A stretch of DNA of 63,644 nt, the filler included, from Folioceros fuciformis (lineage: Eukaryota), in the NCBI GenBank assembly GCA_049999805.1. It is 3 parts of 2 records of this genome, joined end to end, with 100 filler letters (N's around TTAATTAATTAA, not from the genome) between each part and the next. Parts side by side here need not be neighbours in the genome. Positions count along the whole stretch, not along the records: positions 1 to 30,216 come from JBNGIO010006328.1; 2 more parts are not named here. The stretch is one strand, 5' to 3'. Numbering within the stretch: the first letter of the stretch is position 1; each line of letters starts with the position of its first letter. The notes under the pieces were generated by a model. The model was not told the origin of the DNA. It saw only the letters and a program-made list of their open reading frames with translations, and did no database searches. Positions 11,633 through 22,975 of the stretch are shown here, piece after piece. The translations under genes and the position numbers were made by a program.

Positions 11633-11879
11633 AGTGCCCACATTCTTTCACAGCGATATTCAAGGTTTCCATCCAGTGCACATATCTTCACGATACACAA
11701 ACTGCTGCTTCTCATGAACTGCACATGCACATGATGCAAGTGGGTTAAATGTGAAACATTCTGCCCCCTGAGCTTGGACAAACATTCTGCCACCTAAGGA
11801 TCTCAATCTTGGTCAATGACAGGCACAGGGAGCCGTATTAAAAATAAATTGATTATTGTCCACACTGTCGTGCACAGCA

Positions 11880-11953
11880 GTCTGGGTGGTGTAGTTGGTC
11901 ATCACGCTAGTCTCACACACTAGAGGTCCCCGGTTCGAACCCGGGCTCAGACA
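11880..11953 (+). tRNA. tRNA-Val (anticodon CAC)
   Basis: Acceptor stem GTCTGGG/CTCAGAC plus discriminator A; D-arm TGGTGTAGTTGG; anticodon stem CTAGT-CTCACAC-ACTAG; T-loop GGTTCGAACC. Confidence 0.96.
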
Positions 11954-12462
11954 CCTATTTGAATCGCTCGTGCGGTCCCCAGCTCACATACTTTTATCAA
12001 AAAATATACTTCCGCCCAGGGAACTACTGGAAACGTGGTTCCCAGCCTTGCGTGGAGAGGAACAAAGCGGACTCCCGTTGGAAACGTGCACGGCTATTTT
12101 ATGTAATCTTTGCTTTTTGCCCACAGCCCAAGGGCTTGCTTTTGTCCTGGATGGCATTTTCTACTCCTGGCTTGTTTCTCACAGCCAAGGGTCTGTACAG
12201 GCTGATGCAGTGGATGCGCTCAATAATGGATCACGGAGTAAAAAATTCAATAGACTGCATCGAGGATGACGGACCGAGTACGCTCGAACGTCCACCCCCT
12301 GACTCTGTGAGGCAACAGGCTGCGTTGGGGAAAGCTGGAGGATGACGAGGCGGATAGCCTCGATAATCTGTGCCAGGGCCTGTTGGGGGCTGACCTTCAA
12401 GTCTATGTACATATACGGAAGCGAAAATTCACCACCAAGAGGAACGAATTAGGTGTTCGGCT

Positions 12463-14511
12463 ATGGGGACCTCATCCGCCCTCGCCCAGGTTGGGGCTCT
12501 CGCAATCCTCTTGGCTGCCGTTGCTGGTAGGCGGAAGATTCAGAAGCTCAAACTCTTACGCAACATTTCAAACGGAACATCGTCACTTGCTGCTTCTGAG
12601 TGCTGCAATGCAGACCTGGGAATGATGGGTTGTTGCTCTTGCAGGCGCAGACGCCGTAAAGCCTGGGCTCTTCGTCTTCGGCGACTCGTACGGGGACACT
12701 GGGAACCGCAACCGGACCGACCCTCTAATGAATCGTCCATGGCAATACCCGTATGGCATCAGCTGGCCTGGGCGTCCTGCCGGCCGCTTCTCCGACGGGA
12801 GGGTGTCCACAGATTTCCTAGGTGCAGTATGTCCTTCTCAGACGAACTCGTTACGTTTCTTCTTGAAGTCCATACCAATGTGCGTTAATGTGTCGCAGCT
12901 CCTCTTATAACATCCGCCAAGATCAAGACTTACCAGTTCATCACCAGCCGCACTCGGGCCAGGAGCATCAAGCACGGCATCAATTTCGCTGTGGGCGGCT
13001 CGGGAACGTTCCCTGCCCCCTTGCTCACCTCACTGTCCGGGCAGGTGGCGCAGCTGGAAGATATCCTCACCAAGTACCCAGGCCTGTATTCCCCGTCACA
13101 GACTGTAGTGGTCATCTGGATGAGTGGAAACGACTACACCTCCCTGCTGTTAGAAAATCCTAACGCCACTCCAGCAGTGGGACCTCACACACCCTTGCCA
13201 AGTCTAATCTTACAGATTTGTGTGCCGTCTTTCCTGTTCGATTCATCCGCTGTGCCTGGCCACGGATGCAGGATATGCTAGCCCGAGCCAACGAGATCGT
13301 TTCACGGGTGGGCGAGAGCGTGCGGAAGATGTACACTCTCGGATTCCGCAACTTCGCTGTCGCCAACTTACAACCCGTCGGATGCCTGCCAATGAGCACC
13401 GGGCCGGGCAGTGACACGGCTTGCGACTCTTCACAGGACCCCCTCGTGGAGTACCACAACCACCTGCTGGCTCTTGAGACCGAGGATTGGCAGGCGTCCC
13501 TGCCCGACCTGCGCTGTTTGCAGCTCAACATGAACAAGGCGTTCTACTTCATTATCCAAAACCCATCTCTGTTCGGTAAGCTCCGCTTCCGGCTTCCGTC
13601 ATGTCGTGATGCGCCGGTGCGCAGAAATCGCATTCCACATTTCCTGCGTCAGTGAAAATGGCCTGGTGGTCGAAGCTCTCGCGTAGGAACTGGAAGTCTG
13701 GGTTTCGAATCCCGCATTCAGTGTCCCATGCAGTTACCATTCTCCTAATCCTGCAGGTTTCAAGCACGGTTTGGGGAGCTGTTGCAAGGGTAATCCTCCC
13801 GGTGTGTACTGCGGGGACGTGGACGCGCAGGGCAACCCGCTCCACACCATCTGCCCTAGCCCCCCTGAGTACTTCTTCTGGGACAGCTTCCACCCGGGCA
13901 ACGATGGCTGGTCTGCCCTGAGCTCTCTCCTGTACTACGGTTTCAATTTCACCATCGGTGCCCCGAACCTGGTGTACTGGCTCAACTCCGCCAACTTGGA
14001 CAAGCACAGACACAGCGGCATCGGCAAGCTCTCCACTGCAGCAGCGTCCGCCCTTGCTCTCGAAGCCCTAAGCAAGTCCGGGGACCTCGACCCTATCGAG
14101 TTGGCCGACATCATCAGCACGCTGTCCAAGCTCCCTGTCGACATCCTTGCCGATGTAGGGCCGGTGACGGTTTTTCTCCCGGCTCTGGACGGAGCGGCCG
14201 GGCAGCAGCTGAAATCTGTGTTGTCGCGGGCTCCGGAGTTGGCATGGGAGGTGGCCCTCCAGCAGGTTGTGCGTGGAGCGTGGCCGGCGTGGAGGCTGCT
14301 GGAGCGGGCTGCGGGAAGAGAGCTTCACTTGAGCACTCTGGCAGGGGGCTCTATTACAGTGACTGTGCGGAGTGGAACTCTTTTCCTCAGACCGGGAAGG
14401 GAGGACGCGGAGGTGTCGGTGGTTCAGCCCTCGCTGGTTTCCACCTTGAATGTCGTGGTCCATGGAACTAGCGCCTTGCTTCTCCACGATGGCTTTGATC
14501 CTGATGTTTGA
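12463..14511 (+). CDS. Secreted GDSL esterase/lipase with C-terminal fasciclin (FAS1)-like domain; about 5 exons
   Basis: Signal peptide exon; block I FVFGDSYGDTGN; GRFSDGR; block III MSGNDY; block V FFWDSFHP; followed in frame by VTVFLP ... LSTLAG ... VVVHGTSALL, matching FAS1 H1/H2; GT-AG introns. Confidence 0.85.
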
Positions 14512-15437
14512 TCGGGCTGTGTTAGTGAGCCATGCATCCCAGGCGGTCCTCACCAGTGATCGGCCAGTGGCTTGCACTGCTCTGGTGACGATTTGTGTTG
14601 CCTTTTGGTGTGCAGTCTTGTCGAGTGCAGCAATGTACTCAACGACACGGAATACAATGCCATTTCGACCACATGACTGCGGCCGCTTGTCCCGTCCCTT
14701 GCCGTGTCTAGCCCGGTCTTCATGTTTTGCGTGCGTGGAGCCGAATCCGGGCTGGAATCGGTGTTGACGCGAAAGAGCCCTTATTCACGCGAGAAAGTAC
14801 CGTGTTTCTATCCAAACTCAGATATGTACATACAAACCAGTTTTTACGAAGTTATATGTATAACGTATGGCGACTGTTGAGCTCACCCGCACGAGTTGCG
14901 ACCGTGAGAGAAGGTCGATCTGCAGTCTCGCAGAAACTGGTCATGAACAGCATCTCTACCTCGTGCGCGTGCAGAAAACGCGGTCCAAGGAAGTCGCGAC
15001 CGAAGGTTCCAGATCCCCTCGTTCGGCTCCGACTATATGTAGATGGATCGCGGGATGCAATTGTTGGTGCATCGAGTTTCTCCGCTTTCACTGCAACCAT
15101 TTGCCTTCAGATTGCCAGGTATTGGCTCATCTCTCAGCCGCAGCGTGACGGAGAGTTGTCTCGAGTTAGGTGGTGTGAATTGGATTGGGAATGGCCTCCA
15201 TTTCTGATGGATTTCCGTGCTTGATGCAGTGGGCCTCGGTGGGGTGTAGGAGCGGATCGGGCGTTGGAATTGGAGTGGGAGAGGCGGGGCACAACCGGGA
15301 GTCGGGCAGTGAAGTGGGGCAAGATTGAGTCCGCAAAGGCGAGGTCCGGCATCCGGACCAGAATTGCCGGGCTGTTTTCGGGCAAGAAAGCATCCGCGAG
15401 AGCAGAAGCGGCGTCGCAGGAGATCGGTGTGAGCGAC

Positions 15438-16274
15438 ATGGAGGAGACTGAGGAGGGCAACACGGCGGTCTCGCAGACGACCTATTACTTCTCTCATGGC
15501 TCGCCCATGCTGCCTCTGGAGGATGAGCCTGCCAAGGCTTTTCTCCAAGGGTTCCCCAGGACGCTGCCGGAGAAACCCAAAGCCATCTTGATGGTGTCAG
15601 GGCACTGGGATACCAAGGAGCCCATGGTGAGCACCACGGCCAAGAACCAGACCATCTATGACTTTTACGGCTTCCCGCCGGAGCTCTACAGGCTGACGTA
15701 CACTCCCCCGGGCGCTCCTGCCGTGGGACATAGAGCCATACAGTTGTTGAAGGACGCAGGGTTCAAGGTCGGGGAGGACAAGAAGAGGGGGCTGGATCAC
15801 GGTGCGTGGGTGCCGTTACTGCTTGCCTATCCGGAGGCTGACATTCCGGTGCTGCAGCTGTCCATCCAGTCCCACAGAAATGCAGAGCATCACTACAAGG
15901 TTGGCCAGGCGCTGCAGCCTTTGAAGGATGAGGGGGTTCTGATCATCGGGTCTGGGAGTGCTGTGCATAACCTGCGCGAGGTGATGAGAAGTTACGGAGA
16001 TACTTCTGGTAAAATTCAGTCCTGGGCTAAGGCGTTTGATGACTGGACTCGGGAGTCTCTTGTCAGTGGCAAGTTCGACGATGTCGTTCACTACGAAAGC
16101 AGGGCTCCTTATGCCCAGAAGGCTCATCCCAGCAATGACCACTTCGTGCCGTTGCTGGTTGCCTTGGGGGCTGCCGGGGATGGAAGGAAGGCAGTGCTCA
16201 TTCACGCCAGCTGGAGCCTTTCCTGCATGTCCTACGCTTCATACGCTTTCAGACCTGCTCCTGCATCTCTGTAG
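15438..16274 (+). CDS. DODA: Extradiol ring-cleavage dioxygenase, LigB / 4,5-DOPA dioxygenase-like
   Basis: Motifs YFSHGSP, VSGHW, IYDFYGFP, RGLDHGAWVPL, GSGSAVHNL and AHPSNDHFVPL; intronless; start could lie further upstream. Confidence 0.9.
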   Translation: MEETEEGNTAVSQTTYYFSHGSPMLPLEDEPAKAFLQGFPRTLPEKPKAILMVSGHWDTKEPMVSTTAKNQTIYDFYGFPPELYRLTYTPPGAPAVGHRAIQLLKDAGFKVGEDKKRGLDHGAWVPLLLAYPEADIPVLQLSIQSHRNAEHHYKVGQALQPLKDEGVLIIGSGSAVHNLREVMRSYGDTSGKIQSWAKAFDDWTRESLVSGKFDDVVHYESRAPYAQKAHPSNDHFVPLLVALGAAGDGRKAVLIHASWSLSCMSYASYAFRPAPASL

Positions 16275-16879
16275 CATTTCTGTGGGGAGCTCCAGAGTTT
16301 CTGCGGGCTTACCATGGTGGGACAGATCTTGTATAGCATTCACTTATGACGTACTCGCATCCCATGCCGAGACATGTCTTGCGTGTCTTACATATTCATT
16401 GGGCTTGTATGCGGAAATGCCCTCCTGCTTGGCATGAATTGTAGGGGGGCTCCCTTCCTTCTGGAAACTTTCTGTTGTACCTCGCTGAACGACAAGTCTC
16501 CTGCTCCTGTAGCAGGGGTTCGTCTTGTCCAGCAGTGGCCTCCAGCAATCAGAAACTTGGCGCATTGGATTGTAACAAAATGTCGATGTCACATGATCGT
16601 CAAAGTGACTGCGCCATTAAAATAAGAGACCGACCTTGTAGCAAGGTCTCTCTGGATACCTGGCGAACCTACTAGGCCTAGCTCACAACTTGTCTATTAA
16701 GATTAACAGTCTTGAGGAACGTGGTGGCTTTGTAGTCTAAGGTCGCTAATCCTCATGAAGGTGGAGTTTGAACGAACCCATTTACTGGAAGTCTTGACGT
16801 CACTTCCTGAAGGAGGGAGGAATGTCAATTCTCATTACTTGGATTATCTATTCCTATGAGTGTATTTTCTGAAACAAAC

Positions 16880-17821
16880 TACAGTCCACCCTCCCTAAAT
16901 GTTACCTGTTGGGAGTAGGGCATTGGGTAACATTTAGGGAGGTGTAACAATTAGAGAATTTAAGTATTTATCAAAAATAAAATATTTAAATTGATTTAAA
17001 ATATGAAAATCATAAAATATATTTTATATATGATTATTTATTTTTATTATATATATAATATAAACATTATAATACTTAATTTTATTATAACTTTATAATA
17101 AATAGAATTTAAAAAAAGAACTTCAAATTTGCCTTAAAAAATGGAGGTTATTTCTAGTTCTTTCAAAGAAGACCTAAGCTACTTCCCTAACTTGCTTAAA
17201 AATAATTTCTCAATTTGTTGCAAATTTTTAATTATAGACATCGTATCATTTGGTTGTTGTTCCAAAAATATACATATCCCTCCAAGTGCATCTTCCACTT
17301 GAGCACGATCTAAAATAGGCCTTGATAATATTTTTCAGAAGAATTTTCAACATCAACAACTTTATTTTCGGGTAGAGGTTGAACAAAAGCCCATGTATAT
17401 ATGCATCCGAAGTAAAAAAAATAGCATATACATTTGTCATAATCAACAAATTCTTGTGCAAACATAGAAGGGTCAATTCTCTTGTTTCAAGTCCCAAATT
17501 CCTTGGTTGATAAAGAAGCATTTCTATTTCTATGTATTTTATATTTCTCTATTGAACAAATCTTCACGTATTGCTTGGTTACTTGCTATTACTTATCATT
17601 ATTGTCAGCATTCCATGTCTTAAAACTAAAACTAAGTCTATATCCAACACGCTCATAACCCAAAGTGTTTCAAACAATTTTTAATGATTTTCTCTTTAAC
17701 ATTGATACGCAAAGCTTTTTTTTATTGCATTGTGATTGGATAAGTTAGATATCTATATTATCTATATTATTTTAAGCATTATATTATAAAATTTTAATAA
17801 TATTTATAAAATTGGACTATA
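16880..17821. mobile_element. AT-rich degenerate DNA-transposon relic, possibly pogo/Tc1-mariner-like
   Basis: TA-CAGTCCACCCTCCCTAAATGTTACC at the left end with an internal inverted copy (16926-16942); a degenerate complementary end (...TTGGACTA-TA) at about 17796-17821; abrupt AT-rich composition. Confidence 0.4.
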
Positions 17822-18598
17822 GTGATTGGGAGTGCCCATTTTCATAAAACAAGTAAATATTGTACCATGTATGCATGACATCCTTGTTGTGGCCAATAAG
17901 CGAGACGGTATAGACCATGTACGTAGCTCAATTTTGAGAAGGGAGACGATTTTGTGGCTTTGACGCTTAGCCGGTAACCGGACACAGACTCGGTCATGAG
18001 GCCTGACGACCTCGTGTGGGAACGGGGAACCTGGATGGAGAGGAGTCAATGAAGACAAGTGTGCATACGAGCTAGGAAAGCGCGTGAAGACGGTCGACCG
18101 CTGTGCGCTGCCAACCGCATGAGTGAATACTCAACGGCTCCTTACTCCCCGTCCTCAAGTCGGCTTCAAATGCGCTACAGCCCCTGTGGAAATTTGTTGC
18201 CGTCACGTGAGATCGGAGCATCCTGTTGGCCATAGCTGCCGCCTGAGCTTGCTCTGATGCAATCGAGAGGACTTGCTGCTCGCTTCTCGGTGTCATCAGC
18301 CTGCGGGCGCAGGAGCAGGAGCGGTTGCATGCTGCCAGGATCAGTCCGAATGCTCGAGTTTTCAGCTCCAAGGGGCTGGCCGGACTATGTGTGTGAGATT
18401 CGAGGTAAATTTGCAGGCATCTGCTTGTCATTCTTGCTCTCTGTCTCGGATTAGCTAGCAAGGAGCTGTATGACGTGTATGGAGAATTCTTTGTTAGGTT
18501 TGCGATTTTGCGGTGCATGTGATGGATTCTCCTGCTGTGGCAGCGCAACTAGCTTTGTGTTCGGGGGATGCAGAGGTTTCGCCGCCTGTTTTGTGGCC

Positions 18599-19877
18599 AT
18601 GGAGAGCTTTCCGACTCCTAGGAAGACGCTGGACTACGTGACGGGAGGGTTCATTGCGGCGGGATGCATTCCGTTCATCTTAGGGAACATCATCATCGCA
18701 GTGCACCGGAATTACCGACCTGTCAAAACCAAGGCGGTGGATTTGACCGTCCTCAGCTCTGTTGGAGGGTTGATATGGATCGTAGCAACCATAGTTGTCA
18801 ACAATCACTTTGGTCGGAAGGAGGGTTCATTTTGGGCTTGCTGTAACCTGTGGAGTTTCTGGTTACAAGCGTCGTTGGGGTTTGCCCTTTGGCTCAATTG
18901 CATGATAGTTCGTCTACTGAATTTGCACCTCATCTTTTTCGAAAAAGTTGAGAGAGTGAAGAGGTGGATACACATTGTTCTGCCACTTCTGCTCCTGCTC
19001 AGTCCGGTTGTGGCCTATTCCGCGATGGCCACCGTTTTCCGAGCAAGCCAGTGAGTGGGAACAAACCTCACTGAAGGTGGCTAGTTATGCATCTCTTGAC
19101 TTCTTTGCAGACTCACATCCAGGTTTCTGTCATCACGTTTGCAGATTCAGAAAACCATACGGGCATGACGATGGTGGAGGGGACTGCAAAATTGTTCATC
19201 GTGGCTGGTCTATTGGACTGCTTGTCCTGCTTCCTTTCTATTTTTTTATATTCCTCGTGCTGGCTTTCACCTTGCGGAACATCATGGCTCAGTACAATGA
19301 ATTTCGGTAGGGTTTTGTGGCAAAAGGTGTGTGATGGTTCTGTCCTCGTGCTGTAATGGCAGGCTTGTCGAGGTAACATCCTCCTTTCGCGTGCAGGCTG
19401 ATACGGAAGGGGGGGGTTTTGTCTGTGTTTCTTTATCTATTGTCATTGGTTACACTCCAAACGAACGCATATAAGGAGGTCGCGGGTCGCTGCTTTCTTT
19501 CACTGTCTGTGGCTTCAGCGGTGTTCTACTACTTCTGGGCTCGGAATGCTGCAGTAATATACAATGTTTTATTCCACAAAGAGGAGTACGCCCAGCAGTT
19601 CTGTGAAAGCTTTTCAGCTTGCGTACCTGACACACAAGCAAGGTTTGAGGCGTACCTCACTTTTATCAGCGAAGCCATTTCTAGAAAGGGAGCACACTTG
19701 ACGAGCTGTACTGAAATGGAATGTCGCGCAGTGGGCTCTACCCAGATCTGCAGCCACGCCTGGAATTGTGGCTGCAACAGGCCCGAGAAGAGGTATCTAG
19801 TCTGCGAAGTCAGATACAGGACCTGGAACTCCAGCGGGCCAACTTGGAGGCTACTTGCACCCGTCTTGACCAACAGG
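18599..19877 (+). CDS. Multi-pass (7TM-like) membrane protein resembling the N-terminal domain of plant RGS1, followed by a coiled coil; multi-exon, 3' end uncertain
   Basis: CNLWSFWLQASLGFALWLNCMIVRLLNLHLIF aligns with AtRGS1 [32 protein letters not shown] (from recall); further hydrophobic helices in exons at about 19146-19306 and 19398-19642. Confidence 0.65.
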
Positions 19878-20109
19878 TAACGTGCTTCCCATTTCTCGGA
19901 TCAAATGTTTGAGCGCTTGATCTGTTGCCACTGCATGTGTCTCTTGAGAAGGTTGGACCTCACTTTACTTCAGTGTTCAGGTTGCTTGACCTTAGGATCC
20001 TGCAAACACACATACTCCAAGCCGAGATGGATTTCGTCTTGAATGCTCAAAAGTTATGAGCTACTGCCCGCTTGGATGCAGTTCCTGGGTCTCTCGCTGA
20101 CAACTGTGA

Positions 20110-20283
20110 GAAAGGTGTTTCTTGTAAAAGGCAATGATGCACAGCCTGGTATGTGGACTGGGGCCGCATCCCACAGCCTACCTAGTGTTCGGCCTCGAAA
20201 GGTGTTTCTTGTAAAAGGCAATGATGCACAGCCTGGTATGTGGACTGGGGCCGCATCCCACAGCCTACCTAGTGTTCGGCCTC
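20110..20283. repeat. Perfect tandem duplication, 2 x 87 bp
   Basis: GAAAGGTGTTTC...GTTCGGCCTC at 20110-20196 and 20197-20283. Confidence 0.92.
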
Positions 20284-20541
20284 ACTTTCTGCATATTCCC
20301 AATACTGAAATATGATTACCAAGTGTTTTCTAGGGTCTGCTTGAACAACACTGTTTCTTTTGGTGTGCAGGAGGTGGGATCTTGATCCAAAAACTCTGAG
20401 GGCCTGATATTCTCTAAAGGTGCTGGAACCTCTGAGCGTTGGTGTTGCGACCTGTCCTAGGCTGAAACAAAAATCCCTGCGACCTTGTGCCACATGGCGG
20501 TACCTATCAGTTGAGTTGTTCCTCCCGAGGAAATCAGGACA

Positions 20542-21012
20542 TCAGCACGCTGTGCGAGTTGATGTGAACTTCGTGTCATTATCAAATTTCAAGCAAGCTT
20601 GGTTTGCGAGTGCTGTGTCTCTACCAGGCGGCCAAAGTCGCAACTCTGTGTCCTCTGCTCCCAAATATTGTTCTCTATGCAATTCCTCGAAATACCACGC
20701 TAAGAGATATTTCGCGATTTGAGTGCGCTCCTGGAACGTCTGAGCCTCGACGATTTTCGTAACCTGTTCTTCCATGCATGGGTTCCCACTGCAAGCCAGG
20801 GCACGCGCCCAGCGCTTCAGTGCGGGCAGCTCCTTTGAACCCAGAGTCGAAGCCATGGTTGGATCAGTGACAGCAGAGATTGCAACCTCGATTCCACGAT
20901 CGATCTGGCTCAAAAGATCTTTGGTATCCCAAGGAGCGCTCGACCTCAATTTGTCTGCAGGCTCTGGCTTGCGACCGGATTCTTCCACCGGAGTTCCTTC
21001 TTCTGAGTCCAT
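20542..21012 (-). CDS. Hypothetical protein or exon
   Basis: 156-aa ATG-initiated ORF with protein-like composition; no recognised family. Confidence 0.3.
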   Translation of the reverse strand: MDSEEGTPVEESGRKPEPADKLRSSAPWDTKDLLSQIDRGIEVAISAVTDPTMASTLGSKELPALKRWARALACSGNPCMEEQVTKIVEAQTFQERTQIAKYLLAWYFEELHREQYLGAEDTELRLWPPGRDTALANQACLKFDNDTKFTSTRTAC

Positions 21013-21353
21013 TTATGTTCTTTAATTCCTCCTTCACCAAAAGGATACAGTCGAGGCTGGCCGAGAAATCATTTGATGAGGGTGCAGCCACTTGGTCTGC
21101 CAAAGGACACGACCTGCGACGAAGTGGCAGCGACTACAAAGCAGTCGGTGTTTTGCATTCTGGCTTCTGATTTCACTCTTCGTCGATGGACTTTCCAGTC
21201 CCGTACTTTATGGCTTCTAGTCCCTGTCTGGACATGATCAGGGAGATATGCGAAACCAAACAAAAATTGCATATCTACCCTCCAGCTCCACGATGCATCT
21301 AGGCATGCAATGTCAGGAGCCACAACAAACGGCCACCATAGACTGCCAAGAAC

Positions 21354-22229
21354 TTAATCGAAGCGCAAGCGCATATCTACGTCGTCGTCCGACTCTTCAG
21401 CTCACTCCGGCTTCAGATATTCCTTCACCTTGTCCGCCTGGGGAAACGAGTAGCCTGTCTCGATGGCTATAGCCAACACGTTCTTGTAGCTGTTGACGAA
21501 GAAGTGTGGTGCTGCCGCCAGCGTCGGGTAGTTAAGGCCCAGAGAAAGCGCTGACACTGTCGAGATTCCAGCAGCGAGCTTGTTCATCAAGTCATCTTCT
21601 GTCAGATCCAACACCGTAGGATCGAACACCGACCCGTTGTCGAAGATGCTCTTGACCACAAGCCCGTACGAGAAAGGACGGATTCCCAGCTTAGCCAACA
21701 ACGCTGCCTCGGAGGAGCCGACCTTGTCACCCTTCTTGATGAGCTCCACCGGGGCTATGATTTCCACAGTTCCCTTGTTAATCTTCGTGGGGATGTTGAG
21801 CACCTGGAAGAAGGAAGTCTGGGACGGATCCAGTCCCGTGTTCCCCGGAGGAACCACCACATCGATGGGTGCCACAAGACCCACACGGGCAGGTGCTCCT
21901 ACCTTGTACTTGGCAATCTCTTCCCTCACCTCCTTCAGGTCACCCTTGGTGAATATCAAACCAGCGTTACCTACCAGCAAAGGTATCAGATTCAAGATGG
22001 CTTCGTTACCCGTCTTCTCAGAGTGAATTCGAATGGTCCTCTTCATCATCGTGTTTTTCCCCATCAGGACCACGGACTCGGGCCTCAACCCCTGCCTGAT
22101 GCCCTGCAACTGGTTGGATCCGACATTGTCGGCGAGACAAATCAGGACCTGAGTGTACTGTTCCAACAGGTCGCACATCTTCCTGTCGTACGCCTGCTTC
22201 TTCTCCTGCTTGGTACCCTTGAACCCCAT
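21354..22229 (-). pseudogene. RPP0: 60S acidic ribosomal protein P0 (uL10) paralogue with deleted Ala-rich hinge and premature TGA (21402-21404) before a divergent acidic tail
   Basis: [11 protein letters not shown]...[13 protein letters not shown]...KVKEYLKPE* followed in frame by AEESDDDVDMRLRFD*; closely similar to the copy at 24785-25747. May instead be an expressed truncated variant. Confidence 0.75.
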
Positions 22230-22554
22230 GGTTACTCCCCGATCAGCTTCACCAACACCGCCAGCAGCTGTTACAGGCGACGTAGCACGACGACCGACGA
22301 CGAGACTACAGCAAGGAACCCGCACCAGGCCCAGCAAAATCCTGGAGTAGTAGAACAGCACAGCAAAATTCACGCGAGCTGCAGAACACACGGGAGATGA
22401 TCTCACCAAATTACTTGACATGCAGAGCACACGAAATCAATCAACTCCAAGAACCACACCTGACCTGTGCTCAAGGACCCCCAAAAGGGAAAACGCTCCA
22501 ATTCAGCAACGAAAGAGGGAAAGATGATACACACGCCTTGCGTTCCACAACAGT

Positions 22555-22615
22555 GGGGGGCCAAGCCGACGTCGATCGGGAAGGCGGGCAGGTGTGCTGC
22601 CGCTTTAACCCCAGA
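22555..22615 (-). promoter_or_regulatory. Conserved structured element in RPP0 5' leader (copy 1)
   Basis: GGGGTTAAAG-CGGCAG(CACAC)CTGCC-CGCCTT-CCCGA(TCGACG)TCGG-CTTGGCCCC; stems shared with 26074-26135 while loops differ. Confidence 0.65.
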
Positions 22616-22794
22616 TTACGAGACAACACAGACGCTCACGCTCGACGGAACGATTTATCGATCCTAGAAGAAGAAGGAGGAGAATGCATGCATTGATCGA
22701 CTCTTCCTCCACCACGAGGTGCAGTGGAGAACACGGGTTTCCAAATTCAGCAGCGGCTGAGTTTTAGCTGTTGTCCGACCGACAGTTGTAAATT

Positions 22795-22860
22795 GAAGAC
22801 TTTAGGGCTATGTGTACGATTTTTGCTTTTTTTGGGCTTAAAGCCCTAAACCCTCGCTGA
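22795..22860. promoter_or_regulatory. Divergent RPP0/EMG1 promoter region with site II (TGGGCT) and telo-box-like (AAACCCT) motifs
   Basis: TTTGGGCTTAAAGCCCTAAACCCTCG between head-to-head genes; these motifs are established in plant ribosomal-protein and ribosome-biogenesis promoters. Confidence 0.5.
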
Positions 22861-22975
22861 ACCTTATTGTCGTGGGGACTACTGCGACTGCATGAATTCA
22901 TCCCGAGGCTATATACATATGTCTGTCCTATATTGCTGCATCGATTGATCGTTGCGTCGTGCTGCGGCTTTTGAA

